Shown: positions 1-10,354, numbered from the stretch's first letter. The stretch: 32,000 nt of DNA from Microcystis aeruginosa NIES-843 (GCF_000010625.1 NC_010296.1:180001-212000); one strand, 5' to 3'. The notes: a model not told the origin generated them from the letters alone. A program made the numbers and translations.

Positions 1-485
1 AGAATTTGCGCGGCCTGTTGACTCACATGGCGATCACTCGTCCAAATCCCCTCAAAACGGCGATTATTATCCATAGCTGCCCCATTTTCCCCCTCTGCTG
101 TCAGATGGGTTCGTTCCCGACAGATTAAACAACTAGCATAATGGCCACCGATAACCACTAGATGCCATTCTTGGGCTAAACTGTCCTCCGGTTGAAAAGC
201 GATCGTCTCGTAAATGTCGGAACTATGCTTAAAATCGGTTTCTGGGGCCGACAAAACATAAACTTGCCCGCTTTTGTGGGCAATGCGTCGATAGCGATGG
301 GCCTCTTGACGATAAAAGCGCTCACGCTGAAAACTGGCAATCACTAACGGTTGATCGTCTTCCGCTAAAACCTGATCCTCCATGGCGTGGGATAGCGCGG
401 TCAGGGATGCTTTGAAGTACATCTGCGATCGCCATTGGGGGAGTAACTGCAACAGTTCTGTTAAAACAGAAGTTGATCTGCTCAT
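1..485 (-). CDS. DICT-like sensory domain protein, 5' part (gene runs off the window start)
   Basis: My own minus-strand translation from the ATG at 485-483 gives MSRSTSVLTELLQLLPQWRSQMYFKASLTALSHAMEDQVLAEDDQPLVIASFQRERFYRQEAHRYRRIAHKSGQVYVLSAPETDFKHSSDIYETIAFQPEDSLAQEWHLVVIGGHYASCLICRE... The frame stays open to position 1. It is absent from the ORF track because there is no stop inside the window. The FQRERFYRQE..RYRRIA..VYVL pattern is recalled from cyanobacterial DICT-domain proteins. Confidence 0.5.
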   Translation of the reverse strand, partial: MSRSTSVLTELLQLLPQWRSQMYFKASLTALSHAMEDQVLAEDDQPLVIASFQRERFYRQEAHRYRRIAHKSGQVYVLSAPETDFKHSSDIYETIAFQPEDSLAQEWHLVVIGGHYASCLICRERTHLTAEGENGAAMDNNRRFEGIWTSDRHVSQQAAQI

Positions 486-653
486 CGATGATCTGTCTCG
501 AGTCGGGTGTGACTAGCAAGCGCAATAGAGGGAACTGGCAATTTCTACCTCGACCCTATCCTACACGCTCAAGGGGACAAGAGGTGAGATTGTGACGGCA
601 AGAAATTTAAACCGAGTGATGCCAAAAGTGAGCGAAATTATTCTAGCTAACTA

Positions 654-865
654 GATGTTGCTGAATAAATCTAAACCTTGTTGGGTAAGACTTTTAGACT
701 TTTGGGAAACCAAAAAGTACCCGCCATTGGAGGGATCGGGGGGAAATTTTAGGGACTTTTTCCCTGAAAATTAGGTAATTTATCAGATGAAAAGGGGTAA
801 AACCCTACACCCTACACCCTACACCCTACACCCTGCCCCCACGAGAAACTTTTTGCCGCAAACCC
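654..865. mobile_element. ~213-bp MITE-like element, copy A (inverted relative to copy B at 12294-12506)
   Basis: It aligns by eye over its full length with the reverse complement of 12294-12506. Shared blocks include gctgaataaatctaaa..ccttgttgggtaagacttttagac, gggactttttccctgaaaattaggtaatt and a (CCCTACA)4 array at 803-830. The ends resemble TAGGGyTGGCTGAAwAA inverted repeats. It is flanked by the direct repeat TAACTA(GATGT) at 648-658 and 866-876. Confidence 0.6.
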
Positions 866-868
866 TAA

Positions 869-1003
869 CTAGATGTAGGCGACTTTCATTGCCCAAAGGA
901 TCAGAGCAATAATACTACCGATAACGATAATGGACGATATCGCCACTACTGCCGGTTTATCGGCCCCCTCGAATTTCATGATGCCACGATTTAAGTCTGA
1001 CAT
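869..1003 (-). CDS. small (44 aa) single-pass membrane protein, family not recognised
   Basis: Below the ORF-track size cutoff. The minus-strand ATG at 1003-1001 is preceded by aaaaGGAGttaagggca. Translation is MSDLNRGIMKFEGADKPAVVAISSIIVIGSIIALILWAMKVAYI, ending in one clear hydrophobic helix. The TAG stop is at 871-869. Confidence 0.45.
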   Translation of the reverse strand: MSDLNRGIMKFEGADKPAVVAISSIIVIGSIIALILWAMKVAYI

Positions 1004-1085
1004 TGCCCTTAACTCCTTTTCATGAGATGGATGTAGAAAGTATGAGACACTTTAGGATCATAAATTAGCGAACTCTCATCTATCC

Positions 1086-2024
1086 GTGTTATTAGAAATT
1101 GGTATCATTCGGCTGTCTTTAATCATTCTAGGCGTTCTTTTCGCCCTTGCCCTTTTCCTTGAGGCTATTTTAAGAATTGTCTTCGGGTTCGGTAATCCGC
1201 TTATTTACGAAGCTGATGCCGAAATTGGCTATCTTTTGGCTCCTAATCAACAAATACGCCGGTTTTCTAATCTTATCGCCGTTAATCAGTATTCGATGCG
1301 GAGCGAGCCGATTACAACCCAACGGCCCCCGGAGACGACGAGAATCATGTTAATCGGTGATTCGATCGCTAATGGCTCCTGGTGGACAGATCAAAAAGAG
1401 ACCATTGCTGCTTTAATCGCCAAAAATTTAGGCCAGAATCTGACGGGTTCAGTGCAGGTTCTCAATGCTTCGGCTAATTCTTGGGGACCGCGCAATCAAT
1501 CGGCCTATCTGCGACGTTTCGGCACCTTTGAATCCCAGGTGATTGTGTTATTAATGAACACCGATGATCTGTTCGCTTTAGCTCCTAGTTCGGCGGTGGT
1601 GGGACGAGAAATTAATTATCCCGCTCGCCGGCCGGCTTTAGCTTTAATCGAGTTGTACGATCGATATTTTAAGCGCTATCCTCCCTTGCCACTGGTGCAA
1701 GAAGGAGGCGATCGAGTGGGCAATAATTTAACCGCTCTTGCCCAAATTCAAGCCCTTGCTCAGGCTAATCAAGCCCGTTTAATTATCGCTATTACTCCCC
1801 TCATTCGCGAAGCTCAAAAACAGGGGCGAGATTATGAATTAAAAGCCCGTCAAAGACTAGCGGATTTCACCAGCAACCAGCAGATTTTTTATCTAGATTT
1901 TCTGCCCATTTTTCAAGCCCATCCCAATCCCGATTCCCTCTATATCGATAATATTCATCTCAGTGGAGACGGTAACGAGTTAATTAGTCAAAAACTGACC
2001 GAGGCAATCAAAAATGTCTTTTAA
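1086..2024 (+). CDS. SGNH/GDSL-family hydrolase with N-terminal membrane anchor
   Basis: ORF track, 312 aa. It has an N-terminal hydrophobic helix, the block I motif IMLIGDSIANG (GDS catalytic Ser) and a C-terminal DNIHLSGDG (DxxH block). Confidence 0.7.
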   Translation: MLLEIGIIRLSLIILGVLFALALFLEAILRIVFGFGNPLIYEADAEIGYLLAPNQQIRRFSNLIAVNQYSMRSEPITTQRPPETTRIMLIGDSIANGSWWTDQKETIAALIAKNLGQNLTGSVQVLNASANSWGPRNQSAYLRRFGTFESQVIVLLMNTDDLFALAPSSAVVGREINYPARRPALALIELYDRYFKRYPPLPLVQEGGDRVGNNLTALAQIQALAQANQARLIIAITPLIREAQKQGRDYELKARQRLADFTSNQQIFYLDFLPIFQAHPNPDSLYIDNIHLSGDGNELISQKLTEAIKNVF

Positions 2025-2040
2025 TTAGGGTTTACTGAAT

Positions 2041-2296
2041 CAGTTATCAGTTATCAGTAATCAGTAATCAGTTATCAGTTAAGTAGGTAGGCGTTAAAAA
2101 TTATCAGATCCCCCCGCCTATCGGCACCCCCCTTATCAAGGGGGGCAGGGGGGATCGAACCTAAAATCGATTTTAAATTTAATTATAACCAGTTACTTAT
2201 CAGTGATCAGATGTGAGTTTTCAGTTTACATTTTTATCAGTAATCAGTAATCAGTTCACTGTTTACTGATTACTGTTCACTGATTACTGTTTACTG
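2041..2296. repeat. heptamer arrays in inverted orientation, (CAGTTAT/CAGTAAT)n ... (TACTGAT/TACTGTT)n, with an internal G/C hairpin
   Basis: 2041-2080 reads cagttatcagttatcagtaatcagtaatcagttatcagtt. 2237-2296 reads atcagtaatcagtaatcagttcactgtttactgattactgttcactgattactgtttactg and is self-complementary. 2127-2147 is the hairpin ccccccttatcaagggggg. The block fills the gap between convergent genes. Confidence 0.85.
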
Positions 2297-2314
2297 AAAA
2301 TACACCCCACTTCC

Positions 2315-3442
2315 CTAACAACCATACCAAAGCTTTTCTATCTGTTTTGCTAGGGCCAATAACTCAGAGCGATCGCTTGTATCCCTTAAGAGGGTGACAT
2401 GGCCTAATTTTCGACCGGGACGGGATTTTTTACCATACCAAAAAACCTGAGCGTCTGGAATTGCCGCTAAAATTGCTCTTTTTTCGCCATAATCGCCGTC
2501 ACTATCCTCAAAACCCAATAAATTAACCATGACTGCCCCAGCAGATTTTAAGTCCGTGGCTCCGAGGGGCAAATTAGCCACTGCTTGCAGTTGTAGGGCA
2601 AATTGGGAGGTAAGACAGGCAGAAAGGCTGTAATGACCCGAATTATGGGTACGGGGAGCGATTTCATTAATCAATACCTCTCCCTGCGGAGTGACAAATA
2701 ACTCTATCCCGAAAACACCCACCGCCGACAAACTACTTAACAGATGATGGGCGATAGATTCGGTTTGAGCCTGTAATGATTGGTTAAGAGCGGCGGGAGC
2801 AATCACCCAGTGACAGACTTGCTCCTCTTGATAGGTTTCCACCACGGGATAGGTGACGATTTCCCCGGTTAATCCCCTAGCGGCAACGATGGCTAATTCT
2901 CGCTCGTAGGGAATATAAGCTTCTAACATCAAGTCAAGACGCTCTAATTGCGGCTTTTTGGCGTTTAATTCTTCAGGAGTGCGGATAATAAAGGTTCCTT
3001 GACCATCATAACCCTGTCGTCGCGCTTTCAGCACTAGCGGAAAAGGATAATTTTCTAGTGGGGATAAATTATCTATCGCCCAAAAATCAGGCACAGGCAA
3101 CCCTAGGGAGCGTAAATAACATCTTTGCTCGTATTTATCCAATAGGGGGCGCAGATTTGCCAAACTAGGATAGAATTTCACTCCTGTGGCCGCTAATTCT
3201 TCTAGGGCATCTAAATTAACAAACTCATTTTCAAAAGTGATCAGATCACAATGTTGAGCTAGTTTTTTTGTGCCTTCCACGTCAGCTATTTCCGCAAAGA
3301 CAACCCCGTCAGCTAAAGCAACGGCGGGATCATCGGGGTGTGGTGTTTGTACAATTAGAGAAATGCCTAATTTCTTGGCTTCCTGTGCCATCATCCATGC
3401 TAATTGTCCACCACCAATAACACCAACCCTTGTTTGCATCAT
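2315..3442 (-). CDS. purK: N5-carboxyaminoimidazole ribonucleotide synthase (ATP-grasp)
   Basis: ORF track, 375 aa. It has the N-terminal VGVIGGGQLAWMMAQEA, then NEIAPRTHNSGH and GRKLGHVT, colinear with E. coli PurK as I recall it. Confidence 0.9.
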   Translation of the reverse strand: MMQTRVGVIGGGQLAWMMAQEAKKLGISLIVQTPHPDDPAVALADGVVFAEIADVEGTKKLAQHCDLITFENEFVNLDALEELAATGVKFYPSLANLRPLLDKYEQRCYLRSLGLPVPDFWAIDNLSPLENYPFPLVLKARRQGYDGQGTFIIRTPEELNAKKPQLERLDLMLEAYIPYERELAIVAARGLTGEIVTYPVVETYQEEQVCHWVIAPAALNQSLQAQTESIAHHLLSSLSAVGVFGIELFVTPQGEVLINEIAPRTHNSGHYSLSACLTSQFALQLQAVANLPLGATDLKSAGAVMVNLLGFEDSDGDYGEKRAILAAIPDAQVFWYGKKSRPGRKLGHVTLLRDTSDRSELLALAKQIEKLWYGC

Positions 3443-3948
3443 TGATCACATCCTAAAGATTCCGGGGTAGAGATGCCGGTTTTTGAGTTGACACCCTCGG
3501 CTCTTTCACAGAGATTTTTGATTTGTTGAGCGTCAAGCACGGCAAAACTAAAATCAGCACCGTTGATATTGACTCCCTCAAAAATGGTACGCAGCATAAT
3601 TGCTTCGGCAAAAATGGCATCGCTTAAATCGGAATTTTTAAAGGTACTCAGATAGGCTAACCCATTGGTTAAGTCCGCTCCATGAAAATTGCCTTCGATG
3701 ATAGAGGCTCCGTTAAACACTGCTCCGCGCAAATCGGCAGAACTAAAGTTAGAATCTTGCAGATTAACGTTAGTAAATTGGGCAGATTGCAAATTTTGTC
3801 CCGAAAAATCCTTTCCTGTCAGATTCTGGTTTTCATAACTGGCATTGGCTCCTGTGACAGCAGCAGAACTGGCAGCTAAGGCATTGACAGGAGATAGGAT
3901 AAATAGTAAGGCAAAAAAAGCGATCGCTAATCGAAAGATAGTCTTCAT
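3439..3948 (-). CDS. secreted pentapeptide-repeat protein
   Basis: The ORF track gives 3439..3999. I prefer the internal ATG at 3948, which yields MKTIFRLAIAFFALLFILSPVNALA, a signal peptide. The body is tandem A(D/N)LxX pentapeptides (NLQDSNFSSADLRGAVFNGASIIEGNFHGADLTNG). Its stop overlaps the purK start (ATGA), so the two are likely co-transcribed. Confidence 0.75.
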   Translation of the reverse strand: MKTIFRLAIAFFALLFILSPVNALAASSAAVTGANASYENQNLTGKDFSGQNLQSAQFTNVNLQDSNFSSADLRGAVFNGASIIEGNFHGADLTNGLAYLSTFKNSDLSDAIFAEAIMLRTIFEGVNINGADFSFAVLDAQQIKNLCERAEGVNSKTGISTPESLGCDQ

Positions 3949-4132
3949 TGGCGGAAAATTCCATCGGTGGGCATTCTTGATTTTATAGCAGTAAGCCATC
4001 AGCCGTCAGCTTTCCGCCAGCCGCCAGAAATTGCTGGCACACAAACCCTTATAGCCCGTCTAGTGATCCAGGTGAAACCGTCTATTCGTGATAGCATAGA
4101 GTTAGACTTCCACCATTTGGGAGAGGCAAACT

Positions 4133-4522
4133 ATGATAGATTATAATTTGGATGCCGCCCATAGCATTCTCTATATGCAACCTACATCTGCACTGGCGGC
4201 GGAAGATTTTATCAAGATTGCGGAGGCAGTGGACCCCCACATTGAAGCCACTGGTGGTCTTGCTGGCGTAATCATCGAAGTCCCTAAGTTCACCGGTTGG
4301 GAGAGTTTTGGTGCCTTGGTTGCTCATTTCCGGCTGATACGCGACCATCACAAGTACGTCAGTAAGGTTGCCGTGGTGACTGATTCCACTCTGGTTAAAC
4401 TGATTGAAAGTCTGGCTTCCCACTTTGTCGCCGCTGAAGTCAGGCAGTTCCCTTGGGGGGAAACTGAGGTAGCGACCCAATGGATCTTGGGCGACTCTAC
4501 ATTACCCCTAGTGGTTTCCTGA
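4133..4522 (+). CDS. STAS/SEC14-like (SpoIIAA-like, DUF3478-type) domain protein
   Basis: ORF track, 129 aa, with a GGGAGAGG ribosome-binding site upstream. The sequence pattern (ILYMQPTSALAAEDF...VSKVAVVTDS...FPWGE) is recalled from STAS/SEC14-domain proteins. The antisense ORF 4082..4480 is judged an artefact. Confidence 0.6.
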   Translation: MIDYNLDAAHSILYMQPTSALAAEDFIKIAEAVDPHIEATGGLAGVIIEVPKFTGWESFGALVAHFRLIRDHHKYVSKVAVVTDSTLVKLIESLASHFVAAEVRQFPWGETEVATQWILGDSTLPLVVS

Positions 4523-4565
4523 CTTTTCAAACATTCTCTAAGTCCCTGTTTTGTTGTTTTGATAA

Positions 4566-6302
<1,737 letters not shown>

Positions 6303-6509
6303 TCTTCTTTCATTCATAGGTAGGGTCTGCTGAAAAAGTTTATAATAGCTGTCTAGGCTTATACTGCCATGCAATTTGGTCTAAACAAAAATATTTAAGC
6401 CACGGGCCCCCAGCTTTCAGCTAAATAAAGTAAAAGACAAAAGTTAATTCATTTTCTCTCTCCTGACTCCTATTTCTAAGGACAATTTCTGATTTATACA
6501 AGAGGTTTG

Positions 6510-7373
6510 ATGGATACACCGCAACTTTTATTCAATGGTTTAGCCGTCGGCAGTATTATTGCTCTGGCTGCTGTTGGGTTAACCCTTACCTGTGGCATTT
6601 TGCGTCTGTCTAATTTTGCCCACGGCGATTTTATGACTTTGGGTGCTTACATAACTTGGGTGGTAAATGCTCAAGGGATTAATCTCTGGTTAGCGATGCT
6701 GGTGGGGGCAGCAGTGACAGCTATTGCCATGCTCATTGCCGAGAGATTATTATGGAAACCCATGCGCGATCGACGGGCTGATTCTACCACTTTAATTATT
6801 ATTTCGATCGGTTTGGCTTTATTTCTTCGCAATGGTATTTTAATGATCTGGGGCGGTAGTAATCAACGCTACGATCTGCCTGTGATGACCGCTACAGAAA
6901 TTTTTGGGATTAAAGTAGCTTTCGATCGCTTGTTAGTTATTGGTTTGGCAATTATAGTTATTATTGCCCTCCATTTGTTATTGCAAAAAACTAAGATCGG
7001 TAAGGCGATGCGTGCCGTAGCTGACAGCACCGATTTAGCTAGAGTAACCGGAATTAACGTCGAATGGGTTGTCTTCTGGACATGGATAATTACGGGAGTT
7101 TTAACTGCTTTAGCCGGAGCGATGTTCGGGTTAATTACTGGGGGAGTGCGTCCCAATATGGGCTGGTTTTTAATCTTACCAATGTTTGCCGCCGTGATTT
7201 TAGGTGGTATTGGTAATCCCTACGGAGCGATTGCTGGGGCTTTAATTATTGGTGTTGCCCAAGAAATTAGTGTTCCCTTAATTGGTTCTGATTATAAATT
7301 AGCCGTGGCTTTATTAATTATGATCCTGCTGTTATTATTCCGTCCCCAAGGTTTATTTAAAGGCACGGTTTAA
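6510..7373 (+). CDS. livH: branched-chain/neutral amino-acid ABC transporter permease (LivH family)
   Basis: ORF track, 288 aa, taking the ATG at 6510 just after the TTG. It is polytopic and has LivH-family blocks (LSNFAHGDFMTLGAY, GKAMRAVADS..LA...GINV, ILGGIGNPYGAI). No partner livM/G/F genes are adjacent. From memory, the cyanobacterial nat genes are scattered, which would fit this. Confidence 0.75.
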   Translation: MDTPQLLFNGLAVGSIIALAAVGLTLTCGILRLSNFAHGDFMTLGAYITWVVNAQGINLWLAMLVGAAVTAIAMLIAERLLWKPMRDRRADSTTLIIISIGLALFLRNGILMIWGGSNQRYDLPVMTATEIFGIKVAFDRLLVIGLAIIVIIALHLLLQKTKIGKAMRAVADSTDLARVTGINVEWVVFWTWIITGVLTALAGAMFGLITGGVRPNMGWFLILPMFAAVILGGIGNPYGAIAGALIIGVAQEISVPLIGSDYKLAVALLIMILLLLFRPQGLFKGTV

Positions 7374-7375
7374 CA

Positions 7376-7590
7376 GTTATCAGTTATCAGTTATCAGTTA
7401 TCAGTTATCAGATGTAAGTTTTAAGTTTGAAGTTTTAAGTTATTTATAGCGCTTTTCACGTTACTGAGGTATCGACAAGTTTTGCCAACAAAGGACTTAA
7501 GCCCCTTGCCCATGCCTCATTCTGATGAAAACTGCTATATTTACTGTTTACTGATTACTGTTTACTGATTACTGTTTACTGATTACTGAA
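7376..7590. repeat. composite intergenic repeat: (CAGTTAT)5 array, AGTTTTAAG repeats, a 95-bp MITE, then a (TACTGTT/TACTGAT)n array
   Basis: 7376-7412 reads cagttatcagttatcagttatcagttatcagttatcag. 7541-7590 reads ttactgtttactgattactgtttactgattactgtttactgattactg, the inverse complement family. The block lies between convergent genes. Confidence 0.85.
7445..7540. mobile_element. ~95-bp MITE-like element, copy 1 (second copy at 24752-24846)
   Basis: TATAGCGCTTTTCAC...gttactgaggtatcgacaagttttgccaacaaag..cttaagccccttgcccatgcctcattctgatGAAAACTGCTATA. The terminal inverted repeats are about 13 bp (ATAGCGCTTTTCA versus ATAGCAGTTTTCA), with TA at both borders. The near-identical copy at 24752-24846 is in the same orientation. 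Confidence 0.65.
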
Positions 7591-7601
7591 AAGCCCAATC
7601 T

Positions 7602-7985
7602 TTAATCCTGAATATATTCTTCCCCGGTGATTAAAGCGTATTCAGCGCGGGTGAATTCTCGACCTAAATAAGCAGCATGATCGAACATAGTAATCGGACA
7701 AGGTTGGGTTTCTTCGATCACTTTGACGGCTAATTCTTTGGCAGTCCTGGCGGTGTAAATAGTCTCAGGATTGCGATCAAGTTTTTGCCTAACACCGATA
7801 ACTTTTCCCGTTTCTGGATCGACGGCTAAACCTTTTTCATTGATAATATTGCTGTAATGTTTGGCACAGATTAACCCTGCTTCTCGGTCTAGATAAATAA
7901 TAAAATATCCTGCGGGATCGAGAGCGATCGGACGTTTGGAAAGTTGATGATCAATAGCCGTGATTTGTGATTTTAATTCGCTCAT
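7602..7985 (-). CDS. DUF4346-like protein (MtrA-related small domain)
   Basis: The ORF track gives 7602..8030. I prefer the ATG at 7985 (MSELKSQITAIDHQL...). LDPAGYFIIYLDR..GLICAKHY and MFDHAAYLGREFTRAEYAL..G.EYIQD are recalled as the DUF4346 signature. Confidence 0.55.
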   Translation of the reverse strand: MSELKSQITAIDHQLSKRPIALDPAGYFIIYLDREAGLICAKHYSNIINEKGLAVDPETGKVIGVRQKLDRNPETIYTARTAKELAVKVIEETQPCPITMFDHAAYLGREFTRAEYALITGEEYIQD

Positions 7986-8415
7986 TTTCTTGACAAAATC
8001 ACTTAAATATGTAGATGAAAGCAAGAGCAAATTATATCACATACCATCATCCTTTTTCTAGAGCATTTTGTAGATATAGGCCGTATGTATTTTCTGTGAG
8101 CAAATCTGACCTACTGAGCAATAATACTAAATCCTGTTTAAAAAGTATAGGAGCGTGGGGAGCGTTGGAGGAGGGAGAAACAATCCATAACCTGAGAGTT
8201 AATCGGACTATTAATACTAAATCCGTTGAGTATAGGCTACATATCAGGACAGGCAAAGGGCAAGAGGCAAGAGGCAAAAGGGGGAATAAATAATCAGTCT
8301 TTAATAACCGGATTTAGTATAAAAACGGATTTGGTATCATACCAGCTGCAATGTGGGGGCGCAAAGCTCGCGCCCATAATGTATGGTCGAGAAATAACAG
8401 GCTGATAGCTTAATG

Positions 8416-9810
8416 CTATAAATCTTCTTCTACCAAAGCCTCAACCCGTCCTGTTTTGACCGCTTCCACCAAAGCGGCGTGATCTTGTTCTGTCTGCTCG
8501 GCATAAGCGATCGCAAATTCGCCCATCGCTAGATCGAACTGATCTCCTTTCCCCAAATAACCGCTAATGGTGGCCGCATCTCCAGATTTAGCGTGGGCGC
8601 GGGCTAAGGTCCAGCCACAGAACTCGGCGTAGCGTTGCAGTTGGGCGGCCGACACTCCCTCAATGGGCAGGGAAAACTTCATATCCCGCAGTTGCCGTAA
8701 ATAGAAGTTATTGCCCCGTCTTCCCTGGGTCCAGCCTAAAAATATGTCGCTAGAGGATTGCATCAATCTCTGGCCTGTAACCACCCGTTGTCCCTGATTT
8801 TCATACTGGCTCTTGGCGGTATAGGGTTCAAGAACCGAAGGGCAAGCCTCCTTAACTTGTAGGATGAGGGGATGGTTATCTTCCGAGAAAAATAGGGCGA
8901 TATAACATCTGGTGCCGACACTGCCAATGCCTACCACTTTCAGGGCAAAGTCCTCTAACCGGTAGCGATCAAACAGGACCCGGCGTTCCTCCGGCAGGGA
9001 TTGGCGATAGTCTTCCAGACCCTCACGCACGAGAGTCTCCCAATCCGGTTCGTTGACATGGTAGAGAATGGGCGGCTGATCGACAAAGCGATTGCGTCCC
9101 GCGGTTTGGGTGACGATCTTGGGGTAGAGATGTTCGATGATGCGCTCGCGGGCTTTTGTCATCATCTGTTCCCGTATCTTCCGCGTCTTTTCGTCGGGAG
9201 CCATCTCGATCACCTGTTCTACTCCTATGCGCGTGTACCATACCTCTAACGGACTGAGGCGAGAATATTCCCGCAGGTGTTCCCGATAGGAACGAGCGCA
9301 ATCGATCGCCGCCGCCTTCGATTCTCGATCGGATAGATCGCTATCCCTGCCGGCGATGACAAAGCTGACCACTAGACGCTTGAGATCCCATTCCCAAGGT
9401 GCGGGTAGGGTTTCGTCGAAATCGTTAATATCGAAGACTAAATTGCGTTCGGGGGTGGCAAAAAATCCGAAGTTCAAGAGGTGGCAATCCCCGCAGGCCT
9501 GCACGATAATGTCGGTTTTGGGAGTGGTGGCCAGATCGTAGGCCATCAAAGCAGCGGAACCGCGCAGGAAGGTAAAGGGACTCCGCAACATTCGTCCGTA
9601 GCGGATAGGAATCAATTCCTGTAATCGCCCTCGATTTGATGCTTCGATGATCTCGATCGGCTCTCGACCAGCTGCGGGGGGTTGCCAGATAGCGTGGCGA
9701 GAACGCGGCAATCGCTCCCGGAGGGATTTACCGATCTGGATGCGTTCCTCCCGTGAACGGAATCGAGCTTGAGAGGGTGACCGGATCGGGGTTTCTATTT
9801 GGTGGTTCAT
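8416..9810 (-). CDS. DUF2252 domain protein
   Basis: ORF track, 464 aa. The N-terminal R.ERIQ.GK.LR...PRS.H..W and LIPIRYGRMLRSPFTFLRGSAALMAYDLA are recalled as typical DUF2252. Its GC content is visibly higher than the neighbouring genes. Confidence 0.7.
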   Translation of the reverse strand: MNHQIETPIRSPSQARFRSREERIQIGKSLRERLPRSRHAIWQPPAAGREPIEIIEASNRGRLQELIPIRYGRMLRSPFTFLRGSAALMAYDLATTPKTDIIVQACGDCHLLNFGFFATPERNLVFDINDFDETLPAPWEWDLKRLVVSFVIAGRDSDLSDRESKAAAIDCARSYREHLREYSRLSPLEVWYTRIGVEQVIEMAPDEKTRKIREQMMTKARERIIEHLYPKIVTQTAGRNRFVDQPPILYHVNEPDWETLVREGLEDYRQSLPEERRVLFDRYRLEDFALKVVGIGSVGTRCYIALFFSEDNHPLILQVKEACPSVLEPYTAKSQYENQGQRVVTGQRLMQSSSDIFLGWTQGRRGNNFYLRQLRDMKFSLPIEGVSAAQLQRYAEFCGWTLARAHAKSGDAATISGYLGKGDQFDLAMGEFAIAYAEQTEQDHAALVEAVKTGRVEALVEEDL

Positions 9811-10354
9811 AGCGACTTTTTCCCCTGAATGAGATTACATCCCTTGCTGTTAGATGACTAAATGAATACAAGCAATAGGAAATAGATAAGTTAAGACTGA
9901 TGGTTCCCCTTCTTGGATAACTTTCTAACATTTCCTCCTGTAGAGATAGCTTCTGATGCTCGGTTCAACAATTAATCTTCACTCGCCTCTTATCCGGGGA
10001 AGATCAACATCATCGATGATACATTTTTTTCTGGAATGGCTATCTCTTAAATTTGCTTAACTTTTAGCCCAATGGCAGCCCTACTATTTCGATTATATCT
10101 TGCTCAAAAATTGCTGGCGGAATGCTCGTAACAAAATTTTATCTAATGGTCAGCCTTCAGCCAGGGGCTAAAATCTCGCTCTTTTGTCGGGAAAAGGGGG
10201 GTATATTTCAGGTTAAAGGTGAAAATTTCCCCCTTGCCCGACTTCTGTAAGAAGTTTTCTGTTTATTTTTTTGGGTGATGATTTGGTAGTATTAGTTTAG
10301 GTCTGTGAACCGAGAATTTCCCCCTAGATTGTCTAGAAATGAGCGATGAAAGTG

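Noticed and set aside
322-525. ORF-track entry, 67 aa, minus strand
   Set aside because: It lies in a different frame and overlaps the much longer open frame that starts at 485 and encodes a recognisable DICT-like protein. It has no motif of its own.
2100-2165. tRNA-like T-arm sequence ggggatcgaacc
   Set aside because: No acceptor, D-arm or anticodon arm can be built around it. It is part of a CCCCCCttatcaaGGGGGG repeat hairpin.
2025-2314. Possible 6S RNA (ssrS) downstream of purK, where I recall it lying in some other cyanobacteria
   Set aside because: The gap consists almost entirely of the same heptamer and G/C-hairpin repeats that recur at several other intergenic sites in this window. 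I could not recognise a 6S-like central bubble sequence. This could still be tested with the Rfam 6S model.
4082-4530. Minus-strand ORFs 4082..4480 and 4348..4530
   Set aside because: They are antisense to the STAS/SEC14-like gene, which has a ribosome-binding site and a recognisable fold pattern. Their sequences are low-quality and Cys/His/Arg rich.
9728-9931. 67-aa minus-strand ORF preceded by a strong AGGAGGA box
   Set aside because: It overlaps the DUF2252 5' end in another frame and its peptide has no recognisable features. The Shine-Dalgarno-like box might instead belong to a DUF2252 leader, but I kept the annotated start.
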